From: Anaerolineae bacterium
GTDB taxonomy: Bacteria > Chloroflexota > Anaerolineae > Fen-1058
Assembly: GCA_036514635.1 (NCBI GenBank)
Contig: DATBWU010000155.1
Location: 802 to 64,801 of the forward strand
Direction of reading: 5' to 3'
DNA length: 64,000 nt
Made by a program: the position numbers and the translations under genes. Below, one piece after another: positions 1-13,661 of the stretch. Numbering within the stretch: position 1 is the stretch's first letter; every line of letters starts with the position of its first letter. A model generated the notes under the pieces. That model was not told where the DNA came from. It saw nothing but the letters and a program-made list of their open reading frames with translations, and ran no database searches.

Positions 1-2
1 CC

Positions 3-203
3 GATCCGCTTGGTTCGGCTCTGCCCATCACCGCGGCCGGCACGAGCGTTCTCGGCCCGGACATTCTGTTCCAGTGGGTCTTCATCCCGAATCAGCCCGG
101 CGCGCACACGCTGCAGGTGAACGCCGGCCAGTTCACGCAGCCACTGGTACAGCAGGTATTCGTGGCGTCTGCGCGCGTGTACCTGCCCATCGTGCTGCGC
201 TGA
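3..203 (+). CDS. C-terminal fragment of an unidentified CDS entering from the left edge
   Basis: Uninterrupted frame from position 3 to TGA 201-203 (...QQVFVASARVYLPIVLR*). No start in window and no motif recognised. Confidence 0.3.
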   Translation, partial: DPLGSALPITAAGTSVLGPDILFQWVFIPNQPGAHTLQVNAGQFTQPLVQQVFVASARVYLPIVLR

Positions 204-211
204 GGCGACAC

Positions 212-1225
212 ATGACCTGGACTCCTCCACCCGATTGGACGCGCATCACGACGATCGATTGCCACGCGGCAGGCGAGCCGCTGCGCGTCGTCACCGGCGG
301 CTGGCCGTCGATTCCGGGTGACACGATCCTCGCCAAGCGGCGCTACTGCCGCGAGCATCTCGACCATCTGCGCCGCGCGTTGATCTTCGAGCCGCGCGGT
401 CACGCCGACATGTATGGCTGCATCCTCACCGAGCCGGTGACGCCCGACGGCGACCTGGGTGTGCTGTTCTTGCATAACGAAGGCTACAGTACGATGTGCG
501 GTCACGGCATCATCGGACTGATTACTGTCGTACTGGAAACCGGCCTGCTTCCACCCAAAGACCTCATCCGTCTGGACACACCCGCCGGTCGCGTAACCGC
601 CCGCGCGAGATTCGACGGCAAGCGTGTGCGCAGTGTCGCGTTTGAGAACGTGCCCTCGTTTGCCTACGTGCTGGACGGGGAGGCAGCCGTGCCCGGCATC
701 GGCACGCTGCGCTACGACATCGGTTTCGGTGGCGCGTTCTATGCATACTGCAAAGCCCAGGACCTCGGCGTGCGGGTCGAGCCGGAGGGCTTCCGCAGAT
801 TGATCGAGACCGGCATGGCGGTCAAACATGCCGTGATGACCTCGCTCCCCATCACGCATCCGTTCGAAGCCGACTTGAGCTTCCTGTACGGCACGATTAT
901 CGACAGCGCGCCACACGGCCCCGGCGCGCACAGTCGCAACGTGTGCATCTTCGCCGAAGGCGAGGTCGATCGCTCGCCGACCGGGACGGGCGTCAGTGGG
1001 CGCATCGCGATCGAGTTCGCCCGGGGCAACGTGTCGATCAATCAACCCTTTGTGATCGAGAGTCTGATCGGCACGCGGTTCACGGGTCGGGTGATGCGGA
1101 CGACGACCTTCGGGCCATTTCAGGCCGTCGTGCCGGAAATCGAAGGGAGCGCCTGGATCACCGGTCGCAACGAGTTCCTGATCGCGCCCGATGATCCGTT
1201 GAAAGAAGGGTTCGTCCTGAGATAA
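212..1225 (+). CDS. Proline racemase-family enzyme of the Cys/Thr type (predicted trans-3-hydroxy-L-proline dehydratase)
   Basis: ATG 212 inside ORF 74..1225. Motifs STMCGHG (Cys codon 497-499) and DRSPTGTG (Thr codon 980-982, where racemases/epimerases carry the second Cys). Confidence 0.85.
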   Translation: MTWTPPPDWTRITTIDCHAAGEPLRVVTGGWPSIPGDTILAKRRYCREHLDHLRRALIFEPRGHADMYGCILTEPVTPDGDLGVLFLHNEGYSTMCGHGIIGLITVVLETGLLPPKDLIRLDTPAGRVTARARFDGKRVRSVAFENVPSFAYVLDGEAAVPGIGTLRYDIGFGGAFYAYCKAQDLGVRVEPEGFRRLIETGMAVKHAVMTSLPITHPFEADLSFLYGTIIDSAPHGPGAHSRNVCIFAEGEVDRSPTGTGVSGRIAIEFARGNVSINQPFVIESLIGTRFTGRVMRTTTFGPFQAVVPEIEGSAWITGRNEFLIAPDDPLKEGFVLR

Positions 1226-1284
1226 ACAGAGGTTATCAGCGGATGTGAAGCGGACAAACGGATTGAAACGAATACAGATGGGCG

Positions 1285-1374
1285 CCATCCGTTTCCATCC
1301 GCATATCCGTTCACAAGTCCGTTGACAACCCATCCGTTTCCATCCGCTTGTCCGTTCACAAGTCCGTTGATGAC
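1285..1374. repeat. Tandem 45-bp direct repeat x2 built from ATCCGTT/GTCCGTT words
   Basis: ccatccgtttccatccgc(a/t)t(a/g)tccgttcacaagtccgttga(c/t) starts at 1285 and again at 1330. Confidence 0.9.
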
Positions 1375-1395
1375 TCTGACTTCTCGCGGTATAAT
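1367..1395 (+). promoter_or_regulatory. Candidate sigma-70 promoter (TTGATG-17-TATAAT) upstream of ppdK
   Basis: TTGATG 1367-1372, 17-nt spacer, TATAAT 1390-1395. Implies a ~280-nt leader containing the 1517-1641 palindrome. Confidence 0.4.
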
Positions 1396-1516
1396 GCCGC
1401 CCTTGGAAGGGTGACAATCCTCGTCCGACCCGGCGCTAATCGTCACTACCCCTATCGGTTGGGGTGGTTACACTGTAGCCTGGCCCGCCTCTTGCGGGCC
1501 ATACCATGTCAACCCA

Positions 1517-1641
1517 GGATCACTGGTGATTATTCACATCTCACCACGGAGGCACAGAGGCACGGAGCGAAGCCTCTTGAAATCTCCGTGTACTCCGTGT
1601 CTCCGTGGTTATATCGACTTGTGTATAATCACCAGAGGATC
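1517..1641. repeat. Long nested imperfect palindrome (CACGGAG/CACAGAG word family)
   Basis: Outer arms ggatcactggtgattat / ataatcaccagaggatc. Inner arms accacggaggcacagaggcacggag / ctccgtgtactccgtgtctccgtggt. Confidence 0.85.
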
Positions 1642-1682
1642 ACACCTGGCACGCAACTCAAACTCGCAAAGGAGTTTCAGCA

Positions 1683-4469
<2,787 letters not shown>

Positions 4470-4490
4470 GGCAACGAATAAGCATCGAAT

Positions 4491-4528
4491 AAACGGATAA
4501 GCGGATGCGCATCCGCTTATCCGTTTTT
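4491..4528 (+). terminator. Intrinsic terminator after ppdK (perfect 36-nt palindrome plus T tract)
   Basis: aaacggataagcggatgc|gcatccgcttatccgttt followed by tt, 22 nt after the ppdK stop. Confidence 0.75.
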
Positions 4529-4537
4529 CATCCGCTT

Positions 4538-4643
4538 CCCATCCGTTGCCATCCGTTTGTCCGTTTCCCATCCGTTGATGGCCCATCCGTTGCCATCCGT
4601 TTGTCCGTTTCCCATCCGCTGACAACCCATCCGTTGACAACCC
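4538..4643. repeat. Tandem 44-bp repeat x2.4 built from ATCCGTT words
   Basis: cccatccgttgccatccgtttgtccgtttcccatccg... starts at 4538, 4582 and 4626. Confidence 0.9.
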
Positions 4644-4715
4644 CCTCATTCTTGATTCAGGGTATACTTCTATCATAGTGAATTCCGCATTCACCATTCC
4701 GCATTCTTCATTCCC

Positions 4716-6641
4716 ATGAGCGTCATCGACGACATCAAAGACCGCATCGACATCGTCGACGTCGTCGGCGAGACGGTGAAACTGAAAAAGAGCGGGCGCA
4801 CCTTCACCGGCTTCTGCCCGTTCCACTCCAACACGCGCACGCCGTCGTTCGTCGTGTGGCCGGAGAGTGGCACGTGGAAGTGCTTCGGCGCGTGCAACAC
4901 CGGCGGCGACGTGTTCACCTTCGTCATGAAGCGCGACGGGCTGGAGTTCCGCGAGGCGCTGGAAATGCTCGCCGCGCGCACGGGCGTCGAGCTGCCGCGC
5001 CACGCAGCGCCGCAAGAAGCCGCCGACAAAAGCGATCGGCTGCGCGAGGCGGTGGCCGCCGCCGCGCAGTGGTTCAACTATCTGTTGACGCACCATCCGC
5101 AGGCGCACATCGCACGTGCTCACCTGGCGAAGCGCGGCGTTTCCGACGCGACGATCGAGACGTTCCAACTCGGCTACGCGCTCGACGACTGGCACGCGCT
5201 GCAAAACTACCTGGCCAACAAAGGCTACACGGTCGACGAAATGAGCGATGCCGGACTCCTCGTTCGCCGCGACGACGGCAACGTGTTCGATCGGTTCCGC
5301 AACCGGCTGATGATCCCGATTCACGACTGGAAGGGCCGCGCCATCGGCTTCGGCGCACGCGCGCTGAAAGAAGGCGACGAGCCGAAATATCTCAACTCGC
5401 CGCAGACCGACCTGTTCGACAAGAGCAAGACGTTGTACGGCCTGCACTTCGCCAAGAACGCGATCCGCGAATCGGGCCGGGCGGTGATCGTCGAAGGCTA
5501 CATGGACGTCATCGGCGCGCACCAGGCGGGCTTCGCCAACGTCGTCGCCTCGCTCGGCACGGCGCTGACCGAGATGCAATTCAAGCAGTTGCAGAAACTC
5601 GCTAAGCGCTTCGTCCTCGCGCTCGACGCGGACACGGCCGGCGTCAATGCCATGCTGCGCGGGCTGGATGTGGCGCGCGAAAGCCTCGACCGCGAGATGC
5701 AGCCGCTGTTCAACCCGCGCGGGCTGATCGGCTTCGAGGGCAAGCTGCAAGTCGATATTCGCGTGCTGACGCTGCCCGAAAATGTTGACCCCGACGACCT
5801 GATCCGCAGCGAGCCGCAGAAGTGGGTCGAGTTGATTGACGCGGCGAAGCCGGTTGTGCAGTACGTCATCGATACGCTGTCGGCGGGGCGCAACCTGAAC
5901 GATCCAAAGGAAAAAGCGGCGCTGTCGCGCGAGGTGATCCCGTTCGTCCGCGACGTGTCCGATCCGGTCGAGCGAGCCGCGTATGCGCAGCGATTAGCAC
6001 GGCTGCTCAAAGTCGACGAGCGTGCAGTGATGGATCAACTCGGCGGCGTGGCAGTGACCTCGAAGCGCGCGCGATCGGCGCCCGCGCCCGAACCACCCGC
6101 GCTCACGCGCCCCGTAACCGATCGCGAGCGCTACTGCCTGATCGAACTCTTGCGCGCGCCGTCGCTCAAAGAGACATTGCAGGCGATCGATGATACGCTG
6201 GCGCGCGCCGACCTGTCGCCGTTCAGCGCCGACGATTTCGAGAGCATCGCGCATCGCGAGGTGTTCCTGGCAATCCAGGCGGCATTGGAAGACAGCGAAC
6301 ACCCCACTCGCGACGACGTGCTGGAGCGGCTCGACTCTTCGCTGCAAGCCGATGTGCCGGTCTGGATCGAATCGACTCCGTCGAGACCGCCGCTCGATCG
6401 GGATGTCGATGCGACGCGCGGCGTCGTCGATGCGGCGCTTCTGTTGCGCGAGCGCAATCTCAAGACGCAAGGCGCGCAGATCGAAGACCTGATCCGCAGC
6501 GCCTCGGAAGAGAACGACGCCGAGAGCATTCGCGAGCTGGGCCAATCGAAACGCGCCTTATCGGATCAACTGCTGCGCCTGTCGCGCATCCGCTACGCGC
6601 CGGAGTGGGTGCGCCAGATGCACGGCAGCACGCCGTATTAG
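4716..6641 (+). CDS. dnaG: DNA primase
   Basis: 641 aa. CHC2 zinc finger CPFHSNTRTPSFVV...CFGCNTGGD-like motif, then a Toprim domain (EGYMDV...DAD). Confidence 0.95.
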   Translation: MSVIDDIKDRIDIVDVVGETVKLKKSGRTFTGFCPFHSNTRTPSFVVWPESGTWKCFGACNTGGDVFTFVMKRDGLEFREALEMLAARTGVELPRHAAPQEAADKSDRLREAVAAAAQWFNYLLTHHPQAHIARAHLAKRGVSDATIETFQLGYALDDWHALQNYLANKGYTVDEMSDAGLLVRRDDGNVFDRFRNRLMIPIHDWKGRAIGFGARALKEGDEPKYLNSPQTDLFDKSKTLYGLHFAKNAIRESGRAVIVEGYMDVIGAHQAGFANVVASLGTALTEMQFKQLQKLAKRFVLALDADTAGVNAMLRGLDVARESLDREMQPLFNPRGLIGFEGKLQVDIRVLTLPENVDPDDLIRSEPQKWVELIDAAKPVVQYVIDTLSAGRNLNDPKEKAALSREVIPFVRDVSDPVERAAYAQRLARLLKVDERAVMDQLGGVAVTSKRARSAPAPEPPALTRPVTDRERYCLIELLRAPSLKETLQAIDDTLARADLSPFSADDFESIAHREVFLAIQAALEDSEHPTRDDVLERLDSSLQADVPVWIESTPSRPPLDRDVDATRGVVDAALLLRERNLKTQGAQIEDLIRSASEENDAESIRELGQSKRALSDQLLRLSRIRYAPEWVRQMHGSTPY

Positions 6642-6655
6642 CGCCGTGACTCCAC

Positions 6656-6684
6656 TTGCCACAATTGCGCGACCCGCGTAGAAT
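6656..6684 (+). promoter_or_regulatory. Candidate promoter of rpoD (TTGCCA-17-TAGAAT)
   Basis: TTGCCA 6656-6661, 17-nt spacer, TAGAAT 6679-6684. Confidence 0.55.
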
Positions 6685-6726
6685 ATGCGCCCGTATCCTG
6701 ACAACTGTCGATTCAGTCGTGACTCC

Positions 6727-8322
<1,596 letters not shown>

Positions 8323-8357
8323 CTTCATAGCGCGGCCTCCTGCCGCAACCAAATCGC

Positions 8358-8430
8358 GTGGACGCTGATTCACGCGGATGAACGCGGATCGAAACAGAAT
8401 CAGCGTGAATCCGCGTTTATCTGCGTCCAC
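8358..8430. repeat. Imperfect palindrome after rpoD (CACGCGGAT words), probable terminator
   Basis: gtggacgc (8358-8365) pairs with gcgtccac (8423-8430). Inner pair is aacgcggat / atccgcgtt. Confidence 0.55.
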
Positions 8431-8483
8431 GAATCTTCGCGGTCGTGATAGATTCTCAAGGGTAATACTATAGCGCACTATCC

Positions 8484-8511
8484 TTGACGTGCCTCGTGCG
8501 CGTGGTATAAT
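8484..8511 (+). promoter_or_regulatory. Candidate promoter of tRNA-Asn (TTGACG-16-TGgTATAAT)
   Basis: TTGACG 8484-8489, extended -10 tggTATAAT with TATAAT at 8506-8511, 15 nt before the tRNA 5' end. Confidence 0.65.
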
Positions 8512-8526
8512 CGCGCCCGTATTCGG

Positions 8527-8599
8527 TCCTGAGTAGCTCAATCGGCAGAGCAATCGGCTGTTAACCGATGGGTTCTGGGTTCGAGTCCCAGCTCAGGAG
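8527..8599 (+). tRNA. tRNA-Asn (anticodon GTT)
   Basis: Hand-folded cloverleaf: acceptor tcctgag/ctcagga, anticodon arm atcgg-ctGTTaa-ccgat, T arm ctggg-ttcgagt-cccag. 73 nt, no encoded CCA. Confidence 0.93.
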
Positions 8600-8678
8600 C
8601 CTGATGACGGGGAAGCAATCGCTTCCCCGTTTGCGTCCCCCTGGCCGCGCGAGCGGCTCAGGCGAACTTGCAGGTAAA

Positions 8679-9797
8679 ATGCGCTCCATGAAACGACTGA
8701 TACTCCTCACCACTCTGCTAATCTTCGTCACTGCGTGCAGTGCGCCGACGCCCACGCTGCCTCCAACCGATCTGCCACGCCCAACACAGACACCACAGCC
8801 AATCGACACGCCAACTGTCCAACCAACGAATACCCCCGCTCCAACAACTCCAGCTCCAACTCCAACTCCATCTCCCACGCCCGATGTGTTCGCGCCGTTC
8901 ACCATCGAGCATCTGCGCGAGCGCGTCTACGACACCGGCCCGATCGAGATCGTCGAGACACTGGAATCGAATAGCGCCTTCACGCGATACGCCGTCGCCT
9001 ATCCCAGTGACGGCTTGCGCGTGACGGCGATGATGGACGTGCCCAACGGCCCGGCGGATCAGCGCTATCCGGTGATCATCCTCAATCACGGCTACGTCGA
9101 TCCGGATCAGTTTCCAACCGGCAGTTACATTCGGGCCGAAGCCGACTACCTGGCGAGTCGGGGGTATCTCACGCTCAATCCCGATTACCGCGGTCACGCC
9201 GGATCGGAAGGCGATTCCGAAGACGCCGGCCCGAACGTGCGCGGCGAGAACACCTTCCGCGTGGGTTACGCCATCGACGTGCTGAACCTGCTGCGCGCGG
9301 TGCCATCGCTGGCGCAAGCCGACCCGGAGCGTATTGGCCTGTGGGGCCATTCGATGGGCGGCGGCATCACGCTGAAAGTGCTCACCGTCGATCGCAGCGC
9401 GATGATCAAGGCCGCCGTGCTGTACGGCGCGATGAGCGGCGACGAGACGGCCAACCTGCGCCACATCGATCGCCTGTGGCGACCCGGCCTGTACGATCAG
9501 GTCACGGCGGTCTTCGGCACGCCCGACGATCGGCCGGACAATTACGCGCGCATCTCGCCGATTCACTTCCTGGATGACACCGCCGCGCCGGTCGAAATTC
9601 ATCACGGCTCGCTGGACGATCAGGTCCCGGTCGAGTGGTCGCGTGACCTGAATCAGCGACTCGCGGATGCGGGCAAGACCGTCACCTACTTCGAGTACAA
9701 CGGCTCAGGTCACTCGTTCCACGGCGAGGCGTGGGCCACATTCATGCAGCGCGTCGCCGCTTTCTTCGACCAATACGTGAAGGGCGTCAACGAGTAG
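8679..9797 (+). CDS. Lipoprotein alpha/beta-hydrolase, prolyl-oligopeptidase (S9)-like
   Basis: ATG 8679 lies after the tRNA. Signal plus lipobox ...IFVTAC, Pro/Thr-rich linker, nucleophile elbow GHSMGG, C-terminal D/H region (HHGSLDDQVP, GSGHSF). Confidence 0.8.
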   Translation: MRSMKRLILLTTLLIFVTACSAPTPTLPPTDLPRPTQTPQPIDTPTVQPTNTPAPTTPAPTPTPSPTPDVFAPFTIEHLRERVYDTGPIEIVETLESNSAFTRYAVAYPSDGLRVTAMMDVPNGPADQRYPVIILNHGYVDPDQFPTGSYIRAEADYLASRGYLTLNPDYRGHAGSEGDSEDAGPNVRGENTFRVGYAIDVLNLLRAVPSLAQADPERIGLWGHSMGGGITLKVLTVDRSAMIKAAVLYGAMSGDETANLRHIDRLWRPGLYDQVTAVFGTPDDRPDNYARISPIHFLDDTAAPVEIHHGSLDDQVPVEWSRDLNQRLADAGKTVTYFEYNGSGHSFHGEAWATFMQRVAAFFDQYVKGVNE

Positions 9798-9807
9798 GCG
9801 ACGAATC

Positions 9808-9836
9808 GACCAACCAACTAACGAGCCAACTAACCC
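9808..9836. repeat. CA-rich AACCAACT-type word run
   Basis: gaccaaccaactaacgagccaactaaccc, 12 nt upstream of the MFS start codon. Confidence 0.8.
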
Positions 9837-9847
9837 TCGAACCGCGA

Positions 9848-11203
9848 ATGAACAACGAACCGGCCGTCGCTTCCCTGCCCCTCGACGACATTCCACTCTC
9901 TGAATCGCTGCCCCGAGTGCGCAAAGGCGCTTTCCGCGCGTTGAGCCATCGTAACTACCGGCTGTTCTTCTTCGGCCAGATGATCTCGGTCGTCGGCACG
10001 TGGATGCAGACGACGGCGCTGCAACTGCTCGTCGTCCGGCTGTACCGCGACGATCCGGTGCAGGCGGCCTTCTGGTTGAGCGCCGTCGGCTTCGTTCCCT
10101 TGATCCCGTTGCTCCCGTTCGCGTTGATCGGCGGATCGATTGTGGATCGATTTCCGCGCCGGACGATCGTCGTTGTCACTCAGGCGACGATGATGATCAT
10201 GGCTTTCATCCTGTTCGCGCTCACCTCCGCCAACGTCGTCACGATCGGGCACGTGCTGGGGTTGCTGGTGATTTCCGGCATCGCCAGCGCGATCGACGTT
10301 CCGGCGCGACAAACGCTCGTCATCGAGATGGTCGATAGCGACAAAGACGATCTGGCCGGCGCGATCGCGCTCAACTCGTCGATCTTCAACCTGGGGCGCG
10401 CCATCGGCCCGGCGCTGGCCGGCGTGATCGTCGCCGCCGTCGGCGAGGCCGACGCCTTTCTGCTGAACGGCCTGTCGTTTATCGCCGTGCTGATCGGCCT
10501 GCTGTTGATGCGTCTACCGCCCGGGCCAATCGAGAAGACGCGCTCCAAACTGGGCAAACACTTGCAGGATGGCTTCCGCTACATGCTCGGCGAGAAAACT
10601 CTCCGGGTGTTGTTGTCGATGATCGCGGCGACCGCATTCCTGGCGATGCCGTTCACGCAGTGGCTGCCGCTGTTCGCCCAATACACATTGGCCGATAGCG
10701 CCGCGCCGCTGACAGGCTTCGTGTGCAGCCGCATTCAGTGCCTGACGCCGGAAGCCCTGACGCTGGGCCTGCTCAATGCGTGCTTCGGGTTTGGCGCGTT
10801 GATCGGCGCGCTGCTGGTCGCCTCGCGCAGCGCCGGGCAGGGCCGAGGGCGGATGCTGGCGATTGGCAACATCGGCTTCCCGCTGCTACTGCTGATCTTC
10901 GCAGTGTCACAATCGCTTCTCTGGTCGCTGCTATTGCTGTTCCTGGTCGGCATCGCCTGGGTGATGCAGACCTCGCTCACCAACACGCTGCTGCAATTGA
11001 ACACGCCCGACGACCTGCGGGGGCGTGTGATGAGCATGTATTCGATGTTGTTTCAGGGGATGTGGCGCGTCGGCATCGTGGGGCAAGGCTTGATCGCGGC
11101 GGCGATTAGCGCGCCCTTCGCGATCGGGCTGGGTGCGGTGCTGGCGCTGGGCTACGGCATCTTCGCCGCCGTGCGCTGGCCGAGGGTTCGGAAACTAGCT
11201 TGA
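9848..11203 (+). CDS. MFS transporter
   Basis: ATG 9848 within ORF 9731..11203. About 12 hydrophobic segments; typical MFS loop motif VDRFPRR. Confidence 0.85.
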   Translation: MNNEPAVASLPLDDIPLSESLPRVRKGAFRALSHRNYRLFFFGQMISVVGTWMQTTALQLLVVRLYRDDPVQAAFWLSAVGFVPLIPLLPFALIGGSIVDRFPRRTIVVVTQATMMIMAFILFALTSANVVTIGHVLGLLVISGIASAIDVPARQTLVIEMVDSDKDDLAGAIALNSSIFNLGRAIGPALAGVIVAAVGEADAFLLNGLSFIAVLIGLLLMRLPPGPIEKTRSKLGKHLQDGFRYMLGEKTLRVLLSMIAATAFLAMPFTQWLPLFAQYTLADSAAPLTGFVCSRIQCLTPEALTLGLLNACFGFGALIGALLVASRSAGQGRGRMLAIGNIGFPLLLLIFAVSQSLLWSLLLLFLVGIAWVMQTSLTNTLLQLNTPDDLRGRVMSMYSMLFQGMWRVGIVGQGLIAAAISAPFAIGLGAVLALGYGIFAAVRWPRVRKLA

Positions 11204-11268
11204 ACGACGAAGGACGAACGACCAGGGGCAAAAGTCTTGGTGTTCCGTCATTCGTCATCCGTCCTTCC
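11204..11268. repeat. Imperfect palindrome of ACGAAGGACGAA words between convergent genes
   Basis: acgacgaaggacgaacgacc ... cgtcattcgtcatccgtccttc. Likely a bidirectional terminator. Confidence 0.7.
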
Positions 11269-11289
11269 TCATTCTACATTCTGCATTTC

Positions 11290-11886
11290 TCATTCCGCCT
11301 TTACCCTGTCGCACAGCTCGCGATAACCGTCTTCGCCTAAAATCAGAATCGCTTCCTCGCGATAAACTTCATATAATGGTCGGGCCTGCGCGGCAGGCCG
11401 CTGGCATCCGCCACCCGGAAAATCAAGCGGAGTCTCATCATCCACCGTCATCGCGTCGTGCTCGTGATACAGCGGATAGATCGCGCAGAAATACGGCTTG
11501 AGTCCGGGCCAGCCCAGGCGGTGCGCCTCTGATGCGACTTGTAGCGCGCACTTACGATCGGGGCGCAAGAACACGCAGCACGTCTGGCCGGGCCGCGCCG
11601 GATCGTCGACGGTCGTCGTGCCTTGCTCGTAACCCAGCGGCCAGTTCTCGTCAGGCTCGCCGGGCGAGAACCACTGTGATTCGTCGCGCCGCTCCGGCGG
11701 CAGAACCGGCTTGACGATCTCCGCCGACTCCAGAATGCGCGCAACGTGTTTCGACTCGACCCACACGCCACCGCTGCAGCACGCCGCCTGGCATTCCTTC
11801 AGCGCACAGCGCTCGATCGGCATCGGGCGCAGCACTTTCGGATCGATGCGGATTCCCCCGATGATCAGCGATTCGTCAGTCTCCAT
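11290..11886 (-). CDS. Cys-rich metal/Fe-S-binding protein (DUF3109 / YkgJ-like CxxCxxCC family)
   Basis: 198 aa. Motifs C..KECQAACCSGG, TCCVFL, KCALQ. Family name recalled from memory and not verified. Confidence 0.55.
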   Translation of the reverse strand: METDESLIIGGIRIDPKVLRPMPIERCALKECQAACCSGGVWVESKHVARILESAEIVKPVLPPERRDESQWFSPGEPDENWPLGYEQGTTTVDDPARPGQTCCVFLRPDRKCALQVASEAHRLGWPGLKPYFCAIYPLYHEHDAMTVDDETPLDFPGGGCQRPAAQARPLYEVYREEAILILGEDGYRELCDRVKAE

Positions 11887-11939
11887 GTACTCCCCCCGCG
11901 TTTGGATCCACCTGTAAAGGCATCAAGGCAACGGATAAC

Positions 11940-12704
11940 TTATCCAAATCGACCGGTCACGTAATCTTCGGTACGCTTGTCGGTGGGATTGGTGAATAAC
12001 TGGCGGCCCTGCCCTTCTTCGATCAGGCGGCCTTGCAGGAAGAAGGCGGCCTGATCGGCCACCCGCGCCGCCTGCTGAATGTTGTGCGGCACGATGACGA
12101 CGGTGTACACTCGCTTCAACTGCTGTAACGTCTCCTCGATCTTCACCGTCGAGATCGGATCGAGGCCGGACATCGGCTCATCGAGCAGGATCACTTCCGG
12201 TTCCAACGCCAGCACACGCGCCAGGCATAAGCGCTGCTGTTGGCCGCCGGAGATCGCGAAGCCCGATTCGTCCAGGCGATCCTTCACCTCGTCCCACAAC
12301 GCCGCCGCGCGCAGGCTGCGCTCGACGATGTTACCCAGCCGAACCCGATCGCGCACGCCCGCCAGGCGCGGCCCGTACTCGATGTTAGCGCGGATCGACA
12401 TCGGCAGCGGCATCGGTTGGGCGAAGACGATGCCCACGCGACGGCGCAGCTCGGTCACGTTGACGCCGGGCGCGTAGATGTCTTGCCCATCGAGCAGCAC
12501 GCGGCCGGTCATGGTGCAGCCTTCGACCAGATCGTTCAGCCGATTCAGAATGCGCAGCAGCGTCGATTTGCCGCCGCCTGCCGGGCCAAACAGCGCCGTA
12601 ATCTCGTTGGCATAGATCGTCAAACTGACGCCGTTTAAGCCCTCCGTGCCGTCGTCGTAATTGAAACTCAGGTTTTCGATTACGATCTTTGGATCGCGCG
12701 TCAT
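11940..12704 (-). CDS. pstB: Phosphate ABC transporter ATP-binding protein
   Basis: Walker A GPAGGGKST, signature LSGGQQQRL, Walker B ILLDEP, PstB-type C-terminus TEDYVTGRFG. ATG 12704 preferred; GTG 12719 is possible. Confidence 0.9.
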   Translation of the reverse strand: MTRDPKIVIENLSFNYDDGTEGLNGVSLTIYANEITALFGPAGGGKSTLLRILNRLNDLVEGCTMTGRVLLDGQDIYAPGVNVTELRRRVGIVFAQPMPLPMSIRANIEYGPRLAGVRDRVRLGNIVERSLRAAALWDEVKDRLDESGFAISGGQQQRLCLARVLALEPEVILLDEPMSGLDPISTVKIEETLQQLKRVYTVVIVPHNIQQAARVADQAAFFLQGRLIEEGQGRQLFTNPTDKRTEDYVTGRFG

Positions 12705-12715
12705 GAGCGGTATAG

Positions 12716-12766
12716 CCACAGAGCCACAGAGACACGGAGAAAACTCTGTGTTCTTTGTGTCTCTGT
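12716..12766. repeat. Hairpin of CACAGAG/CACGGAG words between pstA and pstB
   Basis: ccacagagccacagagacacggag aaaa ctctgtgttctttgtgtctctgt. Confidence 0.8.
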
Positions 12767-12774
12767 AGCAAGCC

Positions 12775-13620
12775 TTACCATTGTCGCTTGCGGCGATAAT
12801 AACTACGCAAAATGGCTGCCGCCAGGTTCATCGTCAACACGAACACCAGCAGCACCAACGCGGTGCCGAACTGGATGCGAGTCGGCATGGCCGGAACCTG
12901 CGTGCTGATCACAAACAGGTGATAAGGCAATGCCATGGTCTTGTCAAAAATGCTGGTCGGCAGTTGCGGCAGAAAGAACGCCGCTGCTGTGAAAAGAATC
13001 GGCGCAGTCTCACCCGCCGCACGCTCCAATCCCAGAATGATACCGGTCAGAATACCCGGCAGCGCTTGCGGCAGGACGACCTTGCGAATCGTTTGCCATT
13101 GGGTTCCGCCCAGACTGGTGCTGACCGTCCGAAAACTCTGCGGCACGGACCGAAGCGCCTCTTCCGATGTGCTGATGATCACGGGCAGCGTCATGATCGA
13201 CAACGTGAGCGATCCGGCCAGGATCGACGACCCGAATTGCAGCGCCAGCACGAACAATCCCAGCCCGAACAGGCCATACACCACCGACGGGATCCCGGCC
13301 AGATTGACGATCGCCAACCGGACGAGTCGGGTGAAGGTGTTGTCGCGGGCATACTCGCTCAGGTAAATTGCGATCGCCACGCCGAGCGGGACAGAGAAGA
13401 CGGCCGTGCCGATCGTCAACCAGAACGTGCCGACGATGGCCGGCCAGATACCGCCTGCGCGCATGCCCTCGCGCGGCGCGGTCGTCAGAAACTCCGCCGA
13501 GATCGCCGGCAGGCCCTCGACCACGATCGCGCCGACGACGAGGATGATCGGCAACACCACCACGATCGTCACGATCGTCAGCAGGGTGAGGCCCAGGCGT
13601 TGTACCAGCAAACGGGGCAT
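12775..13620 (-). CDS. pstA: Phosphate ABC transporter permease PstA
   Basis: 281 aa, 6 TM. EAA-type loop ...EEALRSVP...SLGGTQWQTIRKVVLP. Confidence 0.9.
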   Translation of the reverse strand: MPRLLVQRLGLTLLTIVTIVVVLPIILVVGAIVVEGLPAISAEFLTTAPREGMRAGGIWPAIVGTFWLTIGTAVFSVPLGVAIAIYLSEYARDNTFTRLVRLAIVNLAGIPSVVYGLFGLGLFVLALQFGSSILAGSLTLSIMTLPVIISTSEEALRSVPQSFRTVSTSLGGTQWQTIRKVVLPQALPGILTGIILGLERAAGETAPILFTAAAFFLPQLPTSIFDKTMALPYHLFVISTQVPAMPTRIQFGTALVLLVFVLTMNLAAAILRSYYRRKRQW

Positions 13621-13625
13621 GGATA

Positions 13626-13652
13626 AACCATGGATGGCACGGATGGCACGGA
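13626..13652. repeat. Single arm of CACGGATG words flanking the GxxExxY gene
   Basis: aaccatggatggcacggatggcacggat. Same orientation as the left arm of the 14057-14122 element. Confidence 0.7.
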
Positions 13653-13661
13653 TATTGTTAT

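Noticed and set aside
4538-4643. Tandem word arrays (also 1285-1374, 16791-16836, 39950-40078) as possible CRISPR arrays.
   Set aside because: There are no unique spacers between repeats. The periods are 8, 14 or 44-45 nt with only 2-5 units, and no cas genes are present. They are simple tandem repeats.
6685-6726. ATG 6685 as the rpoD start.
   Set aside because: It directly abuts the predicted -10 (TAGAAT 6679-6684), so it would lie upstream of the transcription start. ATG 6727 (MSKPPKP...) was used instead. The choice is not proven.
8568-8678. N-terminal extension of the hydrolase ORF (start 8568). Likewise the 45149 start of the ImmA-like ORF.
   Set aside because: Both extensions overlap tRNA genes (Asn, Arg). 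Downstream starts (8679, 45206) give sensible N-termini.
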